Below, piece after piece: positions 23,702 to 35,880 of a DNA stretch of 64,000 bases. Below the pieces are notes generated by a model. It was not told the origin of the DNA. It ran no database searches and worked only from the letters and a program-made list of their open reading frames with translations. The position numbers and the translations under genes were made by a program. Numbering within the stretch: the stretch's first letter is position 1; the number at the start of each line of letters is the position of its first letter. Origin of the DNA: Nemertoderma westbladi (Eukaryota > Animalia > Xenacoelomorpha); contig JAUCBJ010004224.1 in NCBI GenBank assembly GCA_032718475.1, forward strand, positions 62,001-126,000, in the 5' to 3' direction.

Positions 23702-26700
23702 CTAGACGCCTGTTACCCTTAGCTGATCGTCCACCTGTCTTTGGTTCCAATCTTTAACGTAAGCCTTGATTTCATTGTTGGCACCAATGAAGTTCGTTCC
23801 CTTATCAGATCTCATCGTGTTACTAGTTCCAAAGCGAGCGATTTGTCGATGTAAGCTCAGTATGAAGCTGTTGGTAGATAGATCATTCACCATATCGAGA
23901 TGGATAGCTCTACAAGTCATACAGACAAAGATGACACACCATCTCTTGACTATAGTCCTAGCACTATATACTTCAATAGGGCCAAATAAATCCACGCCGG
24001 TATTTGTAAAGGGTGGTTCATAGAAGCTTACTCGTTCCCTAGGTAATTCTGCCTCTCGCTGTGTTAAAGGCCTACTGAATGCTTTCCTACAAGGTATGCA
24101 GTTCCTAAGAACTTGGTTCAGAGCTCTACGGGGTTTATGAAAATAATAGCGAGTTCGAATTTCGCTAAGAACTCGTTCTCTACCATCATGGTAAAGCTTA
24201 CTGTGAACATCTACAATCATCTTGATTTGTATTTCAAGATTTCTAATGAGTATGGGAAACTTAGTGTCAAAGGATAATGGAGCATTAGTTAGTCTTCCTC
24301 CAACGCGTATTAACCCATCTATCATTGTGCTAGAGAAACGATCCCTTAAGCACATCTGTGGATTTCTCAACAACAGGAAATACTTATCAGAATCCTCATA
24401 GCATTGCAGGAGCCTCAGTATCTGTTTACTGGTTTCTTCATGCTCCTGGTAACTGATCTTCTCCTTCAGAAATCTGTCTGATATCTGGTATTTGGGAAGA
24501 TCTTTAACAACATGGACCTGCGCAGATGTCAGTGGAGCGGTATCACTAGCGATATTCTTTCTGCAATAGTGATAATGAAAACATCGCTTCAAATATGCAA
24601 CGGCCTTACAGAGCCGATTCCAGGAGCTATAGTGATGTATCGCTCTCTGCAGGAGGGGTGAGAGTCCCTGCGAGACGTCTGGTGTTCCAGATTTCCAATC
24701 TCTCTCTCTGATTTCCACAACAGACATATTTGTGGCGGGGGACTTTGGATCCAAAGCGTCGTCTCTGGAAATGTGTAGTACAGACAGATCTATCACGGGT
24801 TTAAATAACTTTGATTTACTCGCCCGGGTTTTAGGTTTAACTTTCTCCGCTCCCTTGGCTTGTCTTATCTCAGCCGTGGTAGGATGAGGAGGCCATTCAT
24901 TCTCTTCTTTACTTAGGAAGTCGGGTCCACCTAACCAGTCTGGAGTGTCTACCAGTTCTTGAGGAGTTGCTCCTCTGGAGGCGATGTCAGCTGGATTAAT
25001 CGTCCCAGGGCAATGTCTCCATTGATCTATCTTCGTGCGACTAAGTATAATGGCTACTCTGTTGGTAACAAAGACGCTGAACTGACAGACTTCATTGGTT
25101 ATATACTCCAACACGAGTAAAGCATCGGTCCAATAGACAGTTTTCTCCAGTGGATAGTCGATCTGTTCTGTTACATTCCGGCCGATGGCTGTAGCGTATA
25201 GAGCCGCTTTTAACTCCGCTCGAGGAACTTTCAGCTTGTTGTTTATCAAGGCCTTAGAAGTAACCAAGGCGACCTTAATTCCCTCTTGAGTTTCAACCCT
25301 CAAGTAGGCTACTATACCTATTCCCATGTCACTGGCGTCTCCAAACACATGGAGTTGATAGGAATATGTGGGGAGAACGTGACCAAAATATGAACGGGAA
25401 ATAATAAAGTTCTCGATGGAAGGTAGAGAATCTTCCCATTTCATCCACTTCTTTAGCAGTTCTCCCTTAAGTGGATCGTCCAATGAGTGGTTTTCAAGCC
25501 ACATTTGTTGTACTAAACTCCGAGCAACCAATATAACGGGGCTAATAAATCCCAATGGATCGAAATAAGTGCTCAGGATACTTAGACAAATCCGTTTGGT
25601 GCGAACTGGATTATCTCTCTGTTTTAGTTGGAAAAACAGGAAATCTCTCTCCGTGTCCCATTTCAAACCAAGCGTCTTAGTTTCTGGAAGATCGTCCTTG
25701 ATAAGGTCTAGATCTTTAGCTCCTCGGTCTTCTACCGGGATCGATTCCAGAAATTCCCGGGAGTTACTTGTGAATTTAGTTAATCTAAATCCACCTCTTT
25801 TCAAGCACTCTACCGTTCCCTTGGCGACATCAATGGCTTCTTCCACTGATGGGAGGGACTTTAAATTGTCGTCCATGTATATTTCCCTTTTGATGTTGTC
25901 AATAACCGCTTTAGAGAAGGCGTCCCGATTGTCTTCAGCAGTGGTACGCACTACTGAGCAGGCGTTTGAGGGGCTCGAGGTGATCCCAAAAGCCTGTATG
26001 GTCATCCAGTACTCCACTGGTTTCTGGTCGAGGTCTCCTTCAGGCCACCACAGAAATCGTAGGCTGTCGCGATCCCTATCCAGCGCCTTAACTTGTAAGA
26101 ACATGCCTTCTATATCCGAAGCAAAAGCGATCGAATATTGTCGTAATCTTAAGAGTATTCCCAACAAGGATTGGAGTAAGTTGGGTCCCGGCAACAACTC
26201 GGAGTTAAGGGATTGGCCCATGTAGAGGGCGGAGCCGTCAAATACTACCCGGACTTCGTTGGGTTTACCAGGTTTGGGAACGTAATGGTGTGTTAAATAG
26301 TACGTTCTCTCGGTTATGGGTGTTTCTTCTGGTACTCGCTCCGCATATCCCTTGTCAATGAATTTCTTCAGCTGGGTCCTGTACATCTCCTTAGCTGAAG
26401 CATTTGCCGTAAGGCGTCGATGTAGTTGCGCGATTCTCTTCTCCGCCAAAGGTCGGTTATTTATAAAATTGGGTTCTCTCCGTCGGAAAGGCAGACCAAT
26501 CTCATACCTACCTTGATCTTTAAGAAAACGTGTAGTCGTTTCCTGTATCTGCTTGGCTCTTTCCTCTTCTACCGATAGGGCCTTATCGTAGGAATTGGGC
26601 TCTACAGCCTCTTGAGTAAAGAATCGTACGGCGTGTTCATCGCGAGTCTTCGCGTTGGTACGATCTATCACTTCATTCAATTCGTCGTTGTAATCGACTT

Positions 26701-29083
26701 GTCCCGCTGGATGGATGAGGTGACACAGGTTCACTTGGTTTTGCCAAGTTTCATTTTCCGTAAGGAGGTCGATGGTATTCTCCTCGTCAAATAGTTGATG
26801 AATATCGTCATTATCTGAGGAGTATGGCGTTCCCTCAGGTGTGTCGTCTCCCTTACTGATTTCCTCTTCCCATTCACTCACCTGGTGGACTTGATCTTTA
26901 GGTAGCCTTTCCATGAGTGTCCTACGGGAAGGACCAGTAAAGTACCAACCTACTCTAGTTCTTCCCGCATAAGTTTGCAGTGGTTGCGGTTGAGTAGGCC
27001 GTTTCTCTAATGTCTCAAGCGCCTCATGCGCATTTTGGCCGATGAGTATTTGTACCCCTGGGTAGTCGGTGTTGAATCTAGGTATCTCATGCTGCTGGGT
27101 GAAATTGTCTTCATCCCAGTTATAAGGTTCCACTTGGCTGGTAGCGAAGTTCTTTATCGCTACCATTTTCACTGACCTTATACTGTGTTCTCCTAGTTTA
27201 TCCTGGGGGGTGGACAACGCGCCTACATAGTAGTCTGTAGCTACTGTAGATTTCCAAACCTGCATAATTCCTGAAAGGTTCAACTTAGTTCGGACCTTAG
27301 GTTGTCCAGCAAAGATGTCTTCGGCTAGTTTTTTGTCGATGAATGTTCCTGTGCTGCCGGAGTCAAGGAGGGCGTTCACTATATAGCTCCTTTTTAACCC
27401 GTGGACTCTCAACTGTACTACGGGAAATTCTCGGATTCCTACGTTGGAAGTTGGCGCTTTCCAAGATGGTTGTCGGTCAGGAATAGTTAAGGGGAGCTCA
27501 CTATCAGTTTCAGTCTCATACGTAAGTGCTCGATACACTGCGGTGTTTATTAGATAACAGGATTCGTTTTCGTCGGAGAATTCATTTGTGTAGAATCCTT
27601 CCATCTCCGAACTGTGATCAGTGTCGTTCACATCACTGAATTGGGCATGTAGTTCGGACTCACTTACCTGACTCGGGTTGTTTCTTTCGAATTCGGTGTG
27701 CAACAAGATATTATGTTTCGCGCCGCACTTCGCACACCTTGCGTCGGAGTAACAGGTTCGCCGTTGGTATCCTTGTCTGAGACAATTATAACACAATCGC
27801 TTATCCCACATGACTTCTCGTCTATCTTTTAGGGATTTCTTTAAGAATTCATCACACACACTTAAACGGTGGGGCCCGTCGCACAACGCGCATTTTGGTT
27901 TGATGTTACTTACTTTACCTTGGGTAGTGTTGTGCACACTTGTTCTCTCCTCGGGCTTTCTTCCCTGAATTCTCTTAGGAGACGTGGGAGGAGTTTTTGT
28001 TGTCTGTTCTCTCCTGTCACTGGTTCGAGACTTAAATTTGCTTACATCCTTTGGTGTTTTGTTGACATAATAAGATCTTTCGGTGTCTTTTCCGTTGCTC
28101 TCCTCTTGAGAGGTTTGGCTTTCGCCGTCGTCTGTATAACACACTGGTGTTACCTTTCTCCTAGAAACGGGTTTTTCACTTACCTTATTTTCCGGTGTCT
28201 TCTCTCGGGACTGCTTTAGGAGCTGTAATCTTACCTCTCCATTTAAGAATGACATGAGATCAGCCATGGTAGGGTCTCTTTGTTGCTGGTCCATCATATA
28301 GAGCACTTTCTTGTCCCAGCGATTACCTACTCCACCCTTTGGCAAAGTAGATGCTACGGCTCCAATAACCATGGAACTCTGATATTCATGAGACTTACCT
28401 AACCAATCTAATTGTCTACAGATCTCCTGAATCTCATCGGAAAACTCTATAATCCCGCTGCTAAGGAACTTTTGGGGCGCTACCAATTTTGCATACAAAT
28501 ACCTAGCTATGTTTGTCCTATTACCATACCTGATGTTTAGTGTATCCCAAACTTGTCTTAATCCATCTGGATGTCCAATAAACTTTAACGCCATTAACTT
28601 GGGAGGTCCTTCCAAACACTCGATGAGGAATCTAAGTTTCTCTCCGTTAGATAGTACAGAGTTCTGTATGTTATCTTTGTAATATTCATTAAAAGGTAAC
28701 CATTTCATCTCCTCTCCATTGAACTTGACAATCTCTCCCACTTTTACCGCTTGACGGGCTTCGGTTCTAGCCATTTGACGCGTAAAACTTTCTTGGGCCA
28801 TTGTGTTATTTAATATCGAGTTATCGGTATATAAATTTCTCGGATTATGATCAGGTCTATATGGAATATCATTGTCAACAGGTTTATAATTACCCTTAAT
28901 AGGGTTTACTATAGGAGTTTCTACTTCACTAGCAGTATAGATGCGTGTAGGCTCCACACCTTGCGCATGAAATACTTCAGACCTAACGGGTTGACACATT
29001 GTTACAGGGGGTGGTGGTATACCCCTTTGTGTATTTACTAATTTATCGCGTTCTAACGCGATACTCTGCTGCACTTCTTGCAA
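23702..29083 (-). CDS. BEL copy 1 Gag-Pol polyprotein (Gag core, Zn knuckles, aspartic protease, RT, RNase H, integrase)
   Basis: CALC..H..C / CYNC / CAKCGAKH knuckles; ALLDSGS; RVVFDGS, GPNL, DIEGMF, YMDD; FDPLG, FGDAS, PRAEL, NPAD; GVDLFGP, SDKGTNF. Confidence 0.95.
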   Translation of the reverse strand: MQEVQQSIALERDKLVNTQRGIPPPPVTMCQPVRSEVFHAQGVEPTRIYTASEVETPIVNPIKGNYKPVDNDIPYRPDHNPRNLYTDNSILNNTMAQESFTRQMARTEARQAVKVGEIVKFNGEEMKWLPFNEYYKDNIQNSVLSNGEKLRFLIECLEGPPKLMALKFIGHPDGLRQVWDTLNIRYGNRTNIARYLYAKLVAPQKFLSSGIIEFSDEIQEICRQLDWLGKSHEYQSSMVIGAVASTLPKGGVGNRWDKKVLYMMDQQQRDPTMADLMSFLNGEVRLQLLKQSREKTPENKVSEKPVSRRKVTPVCYTDDGESQTSQEESNGKDTERSYYVNKTPKDVSKFKSRTSDRREQTTKTPPTSPKRIQGRKPEERTSVHNTTQGKVSNIKPKCALCDGPHRLSVCDEFLKKSLKDRREVMWDKRLCYNCLRQGYQRRTCYSDARCAKCGAKHNILLHTEFERNNPSQVSESELHAQFSDVNDTDHSSEMEGFYTNEFSDENESCYLINTAVYRALTYETETDSELPLTIPDRQPSWKAPTSNVGIREFPVVQLRVHGLKRSYIVNALLDSGSTGTFIDKKLAEDIFAGQPKVRTKLNLSGIMQVWKSTVATDYYVGALSTPQDKLGEHSIRSVKMVAIKNFATSQVEPYNWDEDNFTQQHEIPRFNTDYPGVQILIGQNAHEALETLEKRPTQPQPLQTYAGRTRVGWYFTGPSRRTLMERLPKDQVHQVSEWEEEISKGDDTPEGTPYSSDNDDIHQLFDEENTIDLLTENETWQNQVNLCHLIHPAGQVDYNDELNEVIDRTNAKTRDEHAVRFFTQEAVEPNSYDKALSVEEERAKQIQETTTRFLKDQGRYEIGLPFRRREPNFINNRPLAEKRIAQLHRRLTANASAKEMYRTQLKKFIDKGYAERVPEETPITERTYYLTHHYVPKPGKPNEVRVVFDGSALYMGQSLNSELLPGPNLLQSLLGILLRLRQYSIAFASDIEGMFLQVKALDRDRDSLRFLWWPEGDLDQKPVEYWMTIQAFGITSSPSNACSVVRTTAEDNRDAFSKAVIDNIKREIYMDDNLKSLPSVEEAIDVAKGTVECLKRGGFRLTKFTSNSREFLESIPVEDRGAKDLDLIKDDLPETKTLGLKWDTERDFLFFQLKQRDNPVRTKRICLSILSTYFDPLGFISPVILVARSLVQQMWLENHSLDDPLKGELLKKWMKWEDSLPSIENFIISRSYFGHVLPTYSYQLHVFGDASDMGIGIVAYLRVETQEGIKVALVTSKALINNKLKVPRAELKAALYATAIGRNVTEQIDYPLEKTVYWTDALLVLEYITNEVCQFSVFVTNRVAIILSRTKIDQWRHCPGTINPADIASRGATPQELVDTPDWLGGPDFLSKEENEWPPHPTTAEIRQAKGAEKVKPKTRASKSKLFKPVIDLSVLHISRDDALDPKSPATNMSVVEIRERDWKSGTPDVSQGLSPLLQRAIHHYSSWNRLCKAVAYLKRCFHYHYCRKNIASDTAPLTSAQVHVVKDLPKYQISDRFLKEKISYQEHEETSKQILRLLQCYEDSDKYFLLLRNPQMCLRDRFSSTMIDGLIRVGGRLTNAPLSFDTKFPILIRNLEIQIKMIVDVHSKLYHDGRERVLSEIRTRYYFHKPRRALNQVLRNCIPCRKAFSRPLTQREAELPRERVSFYEPPFTNTGVDLFGPIEVYSARTIVKRWCVIFVCMTCRAIHLDMVNDLSTNSFILSLHRQIARFGTSNTMRSDKGTNFIGANNEIKAYVKDWNQRQVDDQLRVTGV

Positions 29084-29100
29084 CTCTAACCTACTTTCCC

Positions 29101-31002
29101 TTACTGTTCCCTTGAACTGTTAAACAGTCTCCTGCATCTGCCCGAGCAGGTGATCCATCCCCCGCCGTCTCTCATCCACCCACTCGACCGCCAAAGCAAG
29201 AGCCGCCAACATAGTAGCGGGTAGACGAGGGACGACCGGCGATAAATCTTTAATGTCTCGCTCGGCGTCCAGGACATGAATTGTCTCAGGGACTGTTCTA
29301 CTGGGCACAGGTAGTTTAGTACTATGCAAAGGGAATTTAGAGGTAGGTTCTGGGAGTACGGTGTCTCTATCACCGAAGGGGTGGCTTCGAGAACAGGCCT
29401 AATTATTTCAGGCTCATCTACTATAGTAGGGAGTCTTTCTACTCTAATAATTTGGTCTGTGGGTTCTGTACTACCTAAGTCTGTGCTAGCTAGTTGCCTT
29501 CTAACAGCTGGGGGCAAATTAGGCAATTTCTGACAGTGGGGCATTCTTCTATGCCTGCTTGAACGAGATCTATTTCCTCCGCCTTCGGGATCTATTGTAT
29601 CGCCTTCATCAGATGATGTAAACCCTTGTCTCTTGGGAGTAGATCGACTTTCCATCTGCCAATGACTACCTGTTCTCTGTTTATCTATGTAGTCTTGCTT
29701 CTCTTGAAGATTTTCCAACTCTAGTTGGGTGGTCTCTTCTGACGCCCTCCGTTCTGCTTCTGCCACTGCTAGCTTTCCTTCTGCTTCTGCAGCTGCCACT
29801 GCCGCTTTTCTTTCCACTTTGGCCGCTTTTCTTTCCGCTTCTGCCGCTGCCAATGCCACTTTTCTTTCCACTTCTGCCTCTGCCGCTGCCGCTGCTGCTG
29901 TCTTTCTGTCTTCTATACGTTTTTTCTTCACTTGTTCTTCTTGAATTCTAGCGATGCGGCTGCTTTCATCAAATTTAGCTTGGTTCTCAGCTAACATTTC
30001 CGCATCTAATGCGTCCAACACAAACTTGGCTCCTTCACTATTAGGGCGAAGTCCAGCTAGCTGTCTCCTCAACTCTTGGTCACCTATAAATCGTTGATAG
30101 TCTGACAGATAGATGTCAATAGCGTCCTTCTTCTGAGGTTTCTCCAATGTCGCTTCACTTTCCACTTGAGAAAAAGTAGCGTCTGTTGATTCTCTGTGGG
30201 TTGAGCGCTCAGCCAGCTGAATTTTCCACTGGGCTGTTCCTTGAACTTTGAGACCCACCCGCTGGAACCAAGTCTTTACGGCAACTTGCAACGACGTGTC
30301 TTGGCTTCTTTTCGAAGCTTCCTCAAAGGCCGATAGGATTAGTCTGATTCGTAGAATTCGTTCTCGAACTTGATAAAGCAGCTCTCCCTGCTCTTGAGGT
30401 CCGTGAGGTTGTTGAAACAGTTGTTCCTCTAATCGCTCCAAAGAGCTGAAGAATCCCTGTACATATCCTGCTGCCGACCTCTTCCACACAGCTGGATCTC
30501 TAGTGTCCTTGACCACTCCCATCCTGTACAAGTCCTCCCTGGCAGCTTCCGATAAGTTAAACGGGAGTCCGGGTCCGGGGAAGTTTCATTGCATCTCGAC
30601 AATAGACTTCAGTTCCTCCAATGTGTATCCCGCATAACTGTCCTTGGTCGATCGCTTGCTTCTCGCCCAATCGATTTGATGTTCTTCCACCGCAATCAAT
30701 ACCCTAGTGAGTACGGCTTTGGGAAGAATGAGAAGTGGATCCAAATAAACCGCCTCTGCCATCTCTATTCCGATCTCGGGTGTCAACTCCACAGTATCTG
30801 AACTACTGGAGCTATCGGTCCGCTGAGAAATAAGTTCTCGGTTCGGATGTTGCTGCTGTTTAACAGCTGCCTCTTGATCCCGCTTGACTTGAGCCCGCAT
30901 GCCTATAATAGACCTACGGTGCTTGACTAGCCTAGGGTCTGATACTACTACTGGGGGGATGACCTTTCTTACAGTAGGAGGGGATTTGAACTTTGGTCTC
31001 AA
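29101..31002 (-). pseudogene. BEL copy 1 Gag N-terminal region, frameshifted (ORFs 30586-31002, 29101-30531, 29120-29329)
   Basis: DAIDIYLSDYQRF...EGAKFVLDA and the Ala/Glu-rich coiled coil are homologous to the start of the copy 2 ORF. Confidence 0.8.
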
Positions 31003-31030
31003 ACGTTCCGCACTACTATCTAAATCACAG

Positions 31031-33231
31031 CAAATGGCTAGAACCGAAGCCCGTCAAGCGGTAAAGGTGGGAGAGATTGTCAAGTTCAATGGAGATGAGA
31101 TGAAATGGTTACCTTTTAATGAATATTATAAAGATAACATACAGAACTCTGTGCTATTTAATGGAGAGAAACTTAGATTCCTCATCGAGTGCTTGGAAGG
31201 ATCTCCCAAGTTAATGGCGTTAAAGTTTATTGGACATCCAGATGGATTAAGACAAGTTTGGAATACATTAAATATCAGGTATGGTAATAGGAATAACATA
31301 GCGCATAACATAGCAAAATTGGTAGTGCCCCGAAAGCTCATTAGCAGCGGGATTATAGAGTTTTCCGATGAGATTCAGGAGATCTGTAGACAATTAGATT
31401 GGCTAGGTAAGTCTCATGAATATCAGAGTTCTATGGTTATTGGAGCCGTAGCATCTACTTTACCAAAGGGTGGAGTAGGTACACGCTGGGACAAGAAAGT
31501 GTTATATATGATGGAACAACAACGAAGAGACCCTACCATGGCTGATCTCATGTCATTCTTAGATGGAGAGGTAAAATTACAGCTCCTAAAGCAGTCCAGA
31601 GAGAAGACACCGGAAAATAAGGTAAGTGAGAAACCCGTTTCTAGGAGAAAGGTAACACCAGTGTGTTATACAGACGACGGCAAAAGCCAGGCCTCTCAAG
31701 AGGAGGACAGCGGGAAAGACACTGAAAGATCTTACTATGTCAACAAAGCGCCTAAAGACGTAAGTAAATTCAAGTCTCGAACCAGTGCCGGCTGAGAACA
31801 GGTAAGAAAAACTCCTCCTACGTCTCCTAAGAGAATTCATGGAAGAAAGCCCGATGAAAGAACGAGTGTGCACAACGTTACCCAAGGTAAGGTAAGTAAC
31901 ATCAAACCAAAATGTGTGCTGTGCGACGGGCCCCACCGTTTAAGTGTGTGTGATGAATTCCTAAAGAAATCCCTAATAGATAGACGTGAAGTCATGTGGA
32001 ATAAGCGGTTGTGTTATAATTGCCTCAGACAAGGACACCAACGGCGAACCTGTTACTCCGATGCGAGGTGTGCTAAGTGCGGCGCGAAACATCATATCTT
32101 GTTGCACACTGAATTCGAAAGAAACTGCCCGAGTCAGGTAAGTGAGTCCGAACTACATGTCCAATTCAGTGATGTGAACGACACTGACCAAAGTTCTGAG
32201 ATGGAAGGATTCTATACGGATGAATTCTCCGACGAAAACGAATCCTGTTACCTAATAAATACCGCAGTGTATCGAGCACTTACGTATGAGAAAGAAACCG
32301 ATAGTGAGCTCCCCCCAACTACTCCTGACCGACAACCATCTTGGAAAGCACCAACTTCCAACATAGGAATCCGAGAATTTCCCGTAGTGCAGTTGAGAGT
32401 CCATGGGTCAGAAAAGAGCTATATAGTGAACGCCCTCCTTGACTCCGGCAGCACAGGAACATTCATCGACAAAGAACTAGCCGAAGACATCTTTGCTGGA
32501 CAACCCAAGTTCCGAACTAAGTTGAACATTTCAGGAATTATGCAGGTTTGGAAATCTACAGTAACTACAGATTACTATGTAGGCGCGTTGTCCACCCCCC
32601 AGGATGAACTAGGAGAACACAGTATAAGGTCAGTAAAAATGGTGGCGATAAAGAACTTCGCTACCAGCCAAGTGGAACCTTATAACTGGGATGAGGACGA
32701 TTTCACCCAGCAGTATAAGATACCTAGATTCAACACATACTATCCTGGAGTGCAAATACTCATCGGCCAAAATGCGCATGAGGCGCTTGAGACATTGGAG
32801 AAACGGCCTGCTCAACCGCAACCACTACAAACCTATGCGGGAAGAACTAGAGTAGGTTGGTACTTTACTGGCCCTTCCTGTAGAATTCTCATGGAAAGGC
32901 TACCCAAAGAACGAGTCTACCAGGTGAGTGAATGGGAAGAGGAGATCAGTGAGGGAGACGACCCACCTGAGGGAACACCATACTCCTCAGATTATGACGA
33001 TATCCACCAACTATTCGACGAGGAGAATACCATCGACCTCCTTACGGAAAATGAAACTTAGCAAAACCAAGTGAACCTATGTCACCTCATTCATGCAGCG
33101 GGACAAGTTGATTACAACGACGAACTGAATGAAGTAATAGATCGCTACAACGCGAAGACTCGCAATGAACACGCCGTACGATTCTTTACTCAAGAGGCTG
33201 TAGAGCCCAATTCCTACGATAAGGCCCTATC
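31031..33231 (+). pseudogene. BEL copy 3 gag-protease segment
   Basis: QMARTEARQAVK..., three Zn knuckles, ALLDSGS; stops at ~31795 and ~33061. Confidence 0.9.
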
Positions 33232-33694
33232 AATCAATCAATCAAAGGAACCCTTGAGGGTTCATTTATTTGTTTCGTTATCATAATACACGCTCTCAGT
33301 ATTATAAACCCATCACCAGTTTAGGTACAGTGCGTAATTGGGGTTTTATTGTTATTTAGATTATTTGGATCGGTGCTAGGTTTGGAGTTCCAATATTTGT
33401 TTACAGTATTGTAGTATTTATGAGAAACAGGAAACAGTAGCAATGCTAGTATAGTTCCCTGTTGCCGTGGCGAGCGTTTTGTTGTAAATATTACATATCA
33501 ATCAATTTAATTCGTACAATCTGCTGATTTTAATATATTTAAATTACATTTTGAGATTTTAAAAAAATTTGAAATATCCAGTTAATGCGATGTGATATAC
33601 GATTATTAATAGATACAAATTTATTTAATGAGTTTAATAGATGATCGGGCCTAATACTATTCTAGGACTTATTTATTTTAAGTTTTATTCTATT

Positions 33695-35880
33695 TTAAGT
33701 TAGATCGCTTAGCAATGACTTTTTGAGATTTTGGGTAAGTGCTTTCTTAGTTTTACTTTCTTTTATTTTCAGGGGAAGTGAATTCCATATCAAAGTACCG
33801 TGATATTTGAGTGATCTTTGTGTTAGAACCAGTCTTGTACGTGGTATGTAATAGTTCATTGATGTGACGGATCTTGTAGTGTACTTATGTATAGTAGAGG
33901 GGAGGGAGAAAAGTGACGTGATAAAAGATTGTTTTTTTGAGTTTTTTATTTCCCACATTAATTTTGATGTTTCCAATATATGTAACTTTTCTATTGGTAA
34001 TATTTCCAGAAATTTATAGATTGGGTTTGAATGAGCTTGGTAATGATTAAATGTTATTGCACGAATTATTTTATTTATTTTTACTCTGAGTGGGTATATG
34101 TATTTATGGTACGTGTTTCCCCATAATATTATACCATATTGAATATATGGGTGTATCAGTGCATAGAAAATCATTTTTAGTATATTTAATGGCAAGATAT
34201 GGCGAAGTTTAAAAAATATTCCGCAGGATTTCGAAATTTTCTTCAGTATGTAGGAGCAGTCATATTTCCAAGATAATTTATTGTCTATCCAGATGCCCAA
34301 AAATTTTGTTTCATTTGTTTGTTTGATATTAACATTATTTATTTTTATTTTTTGAGTGATAGTAGTATTTGAATTTGAAAATATGAGATATTCGGTTTTT
34401 TTAAGATTGAGGGATAGTTTGTTGTCAGTGAGCCATTGATCAATTTTCGAGAGTTCATTATTTACTTTTGTAATTAGTGTGTCCTTGTTGGTGTGACTGT
34501 ACAGTATGTTAGTATCATCGGCAAAAAGAGTAGTATGTAAATTTGTGCAGTTCGGTAAGTCATTTATATACAATAAAAATAGAGTAGCACTTAAGATAGC
34601 ACCTTGTGGGGTACCACAATGTGGGGTAAGAGGGTCGGAGTGTGTATTGTTTATAACAACTGTGTGTGAGCGATCATTAAGGAAGCTTGTGAATAGTTGG
34701 AGCGGAAGACCTCTGATACCGTAACAGTTTAATTTTTTTAAGAGTATGCTATGGTTCAGGGTATCAAAAGCCTTTTTTAAATCTATAGAAATTAGGCATG
34801 ATGATTCGTGATGGTCAAGAGATTCAAGCAGTCTTTCTGTGATTGTAAGTATAGCGTCTGTTGTAGTAGAACGTTTCCTAAAACCGTATTGGCAGTGAGA
34901 TAGAATTGAGTATTTTTCTAAGTAGGTTATGAGTTGGGTATTAATTATACGTTCGTAGAGTTGTTTTAGTACTTTTGGGAAAATTCCATTATTAATTGAT
35001 TTGTTAATTAAGTAAGTTAAGTGAGGTGCTAGGTCGTGTGCTGCAGTTTTAACTAGTTGTATGGGGAATAGGTCATTAGTAGAGCAGTTGTTGTCTAGGT
35101 CTAGTAGGTAATATAGTATTTCAGTTTGCGTTGTATCTGATAGGTAGAATGAGTTTGACTTACGGTGGTTTATGAATCTAGTTGGGTTAAGGTTACTTTT
35201 CGGAATTGTGTCTGCTAGTTCTGGACCTATATTAGCGAAGTGTTGGTTAAGTACATTGGCAATTTCTTTTGGGAGAGTTTTATTTATGGTTCCTACTGTT
35301 GTTGATATGCTAATTTTTTTTGGAGTATTCAAGTTATTTGACTTATTTAGTGCTTTGTTTATTGTTTGCCATGTTTTTTTTGTATTTGTTTTGTGTTTCT
35401 CGAATTCTGAGTGGTAGTAGTTTTTTTCAGCCTTTCTAAGAGTTGTTGTTAGTTTATTGCGGTATTGTTTATAAAACTGTTCTTTTTCGCATGTAGGGTT
35501 AGTAATTAGATTTGCATATAGGTCATTTTTCTTGATTGTTGATTGTACTAACGCGGGAGTCATCCAAGGTTTTTTAGGAATTTCTTTTTTTTCTAGGATC
35601 TTTCTTGGCAAGTGTTTATTGGTTATATTTTGAAAATCAGAGTAAAATATTTCGAATTGTTTTTCTATGGGTACTGTTGTTTTGTTATATGTCCAGTTAT
35701 TAATATCTTTTATGTCTGAAATAAATTTATTTTTGTTATATTTGGAGTAATCATATACATATTTCATTTCTTGTTGTGTAAAGTGGCAGGAATAATTTTG
35801 TATGATTGCAAAAGTGGCTAAGTGATCAGTTGATCCTTGTTGGCTTTGGAAAACTCCAGATGATACTGTTTTATTGTTAA
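33695..35880 (-). pseudogene. LINE E ORF2 linker + RT (in-frame deletion of the NYRPIS region)
   Basis: QYGFR, DLKKAFD, GTPQG, FADDT, KFLG, WNSLP. Confidence 0.92.

Larger units (their letters stand above)
12588..31030 (-). mobile_element. BEL/Pao LTR retrotransposon copy 1: gag-pol, 1.6 kb spacer, ORF3, 3' LTR; 5' LTR missing; contains LINE D
   Basis: PR-RT-RH-IN order with BEL motifs; LTR termini match those of copy 2. Confidence 0.93.

Noticed and set aside
25569-26225. Antisense ORF present in two copies (also 51126-51833)
   Set aside because: Shadow of the BEL RT coding strand; shared only because the copies are similar; no recognisable motifs
30899-31795. 298-aa plus-strand ORF as a novel gene
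   Set aside because: Chimera of antisense copy 1 gag and sense copy 3 gag across the 31030 junction
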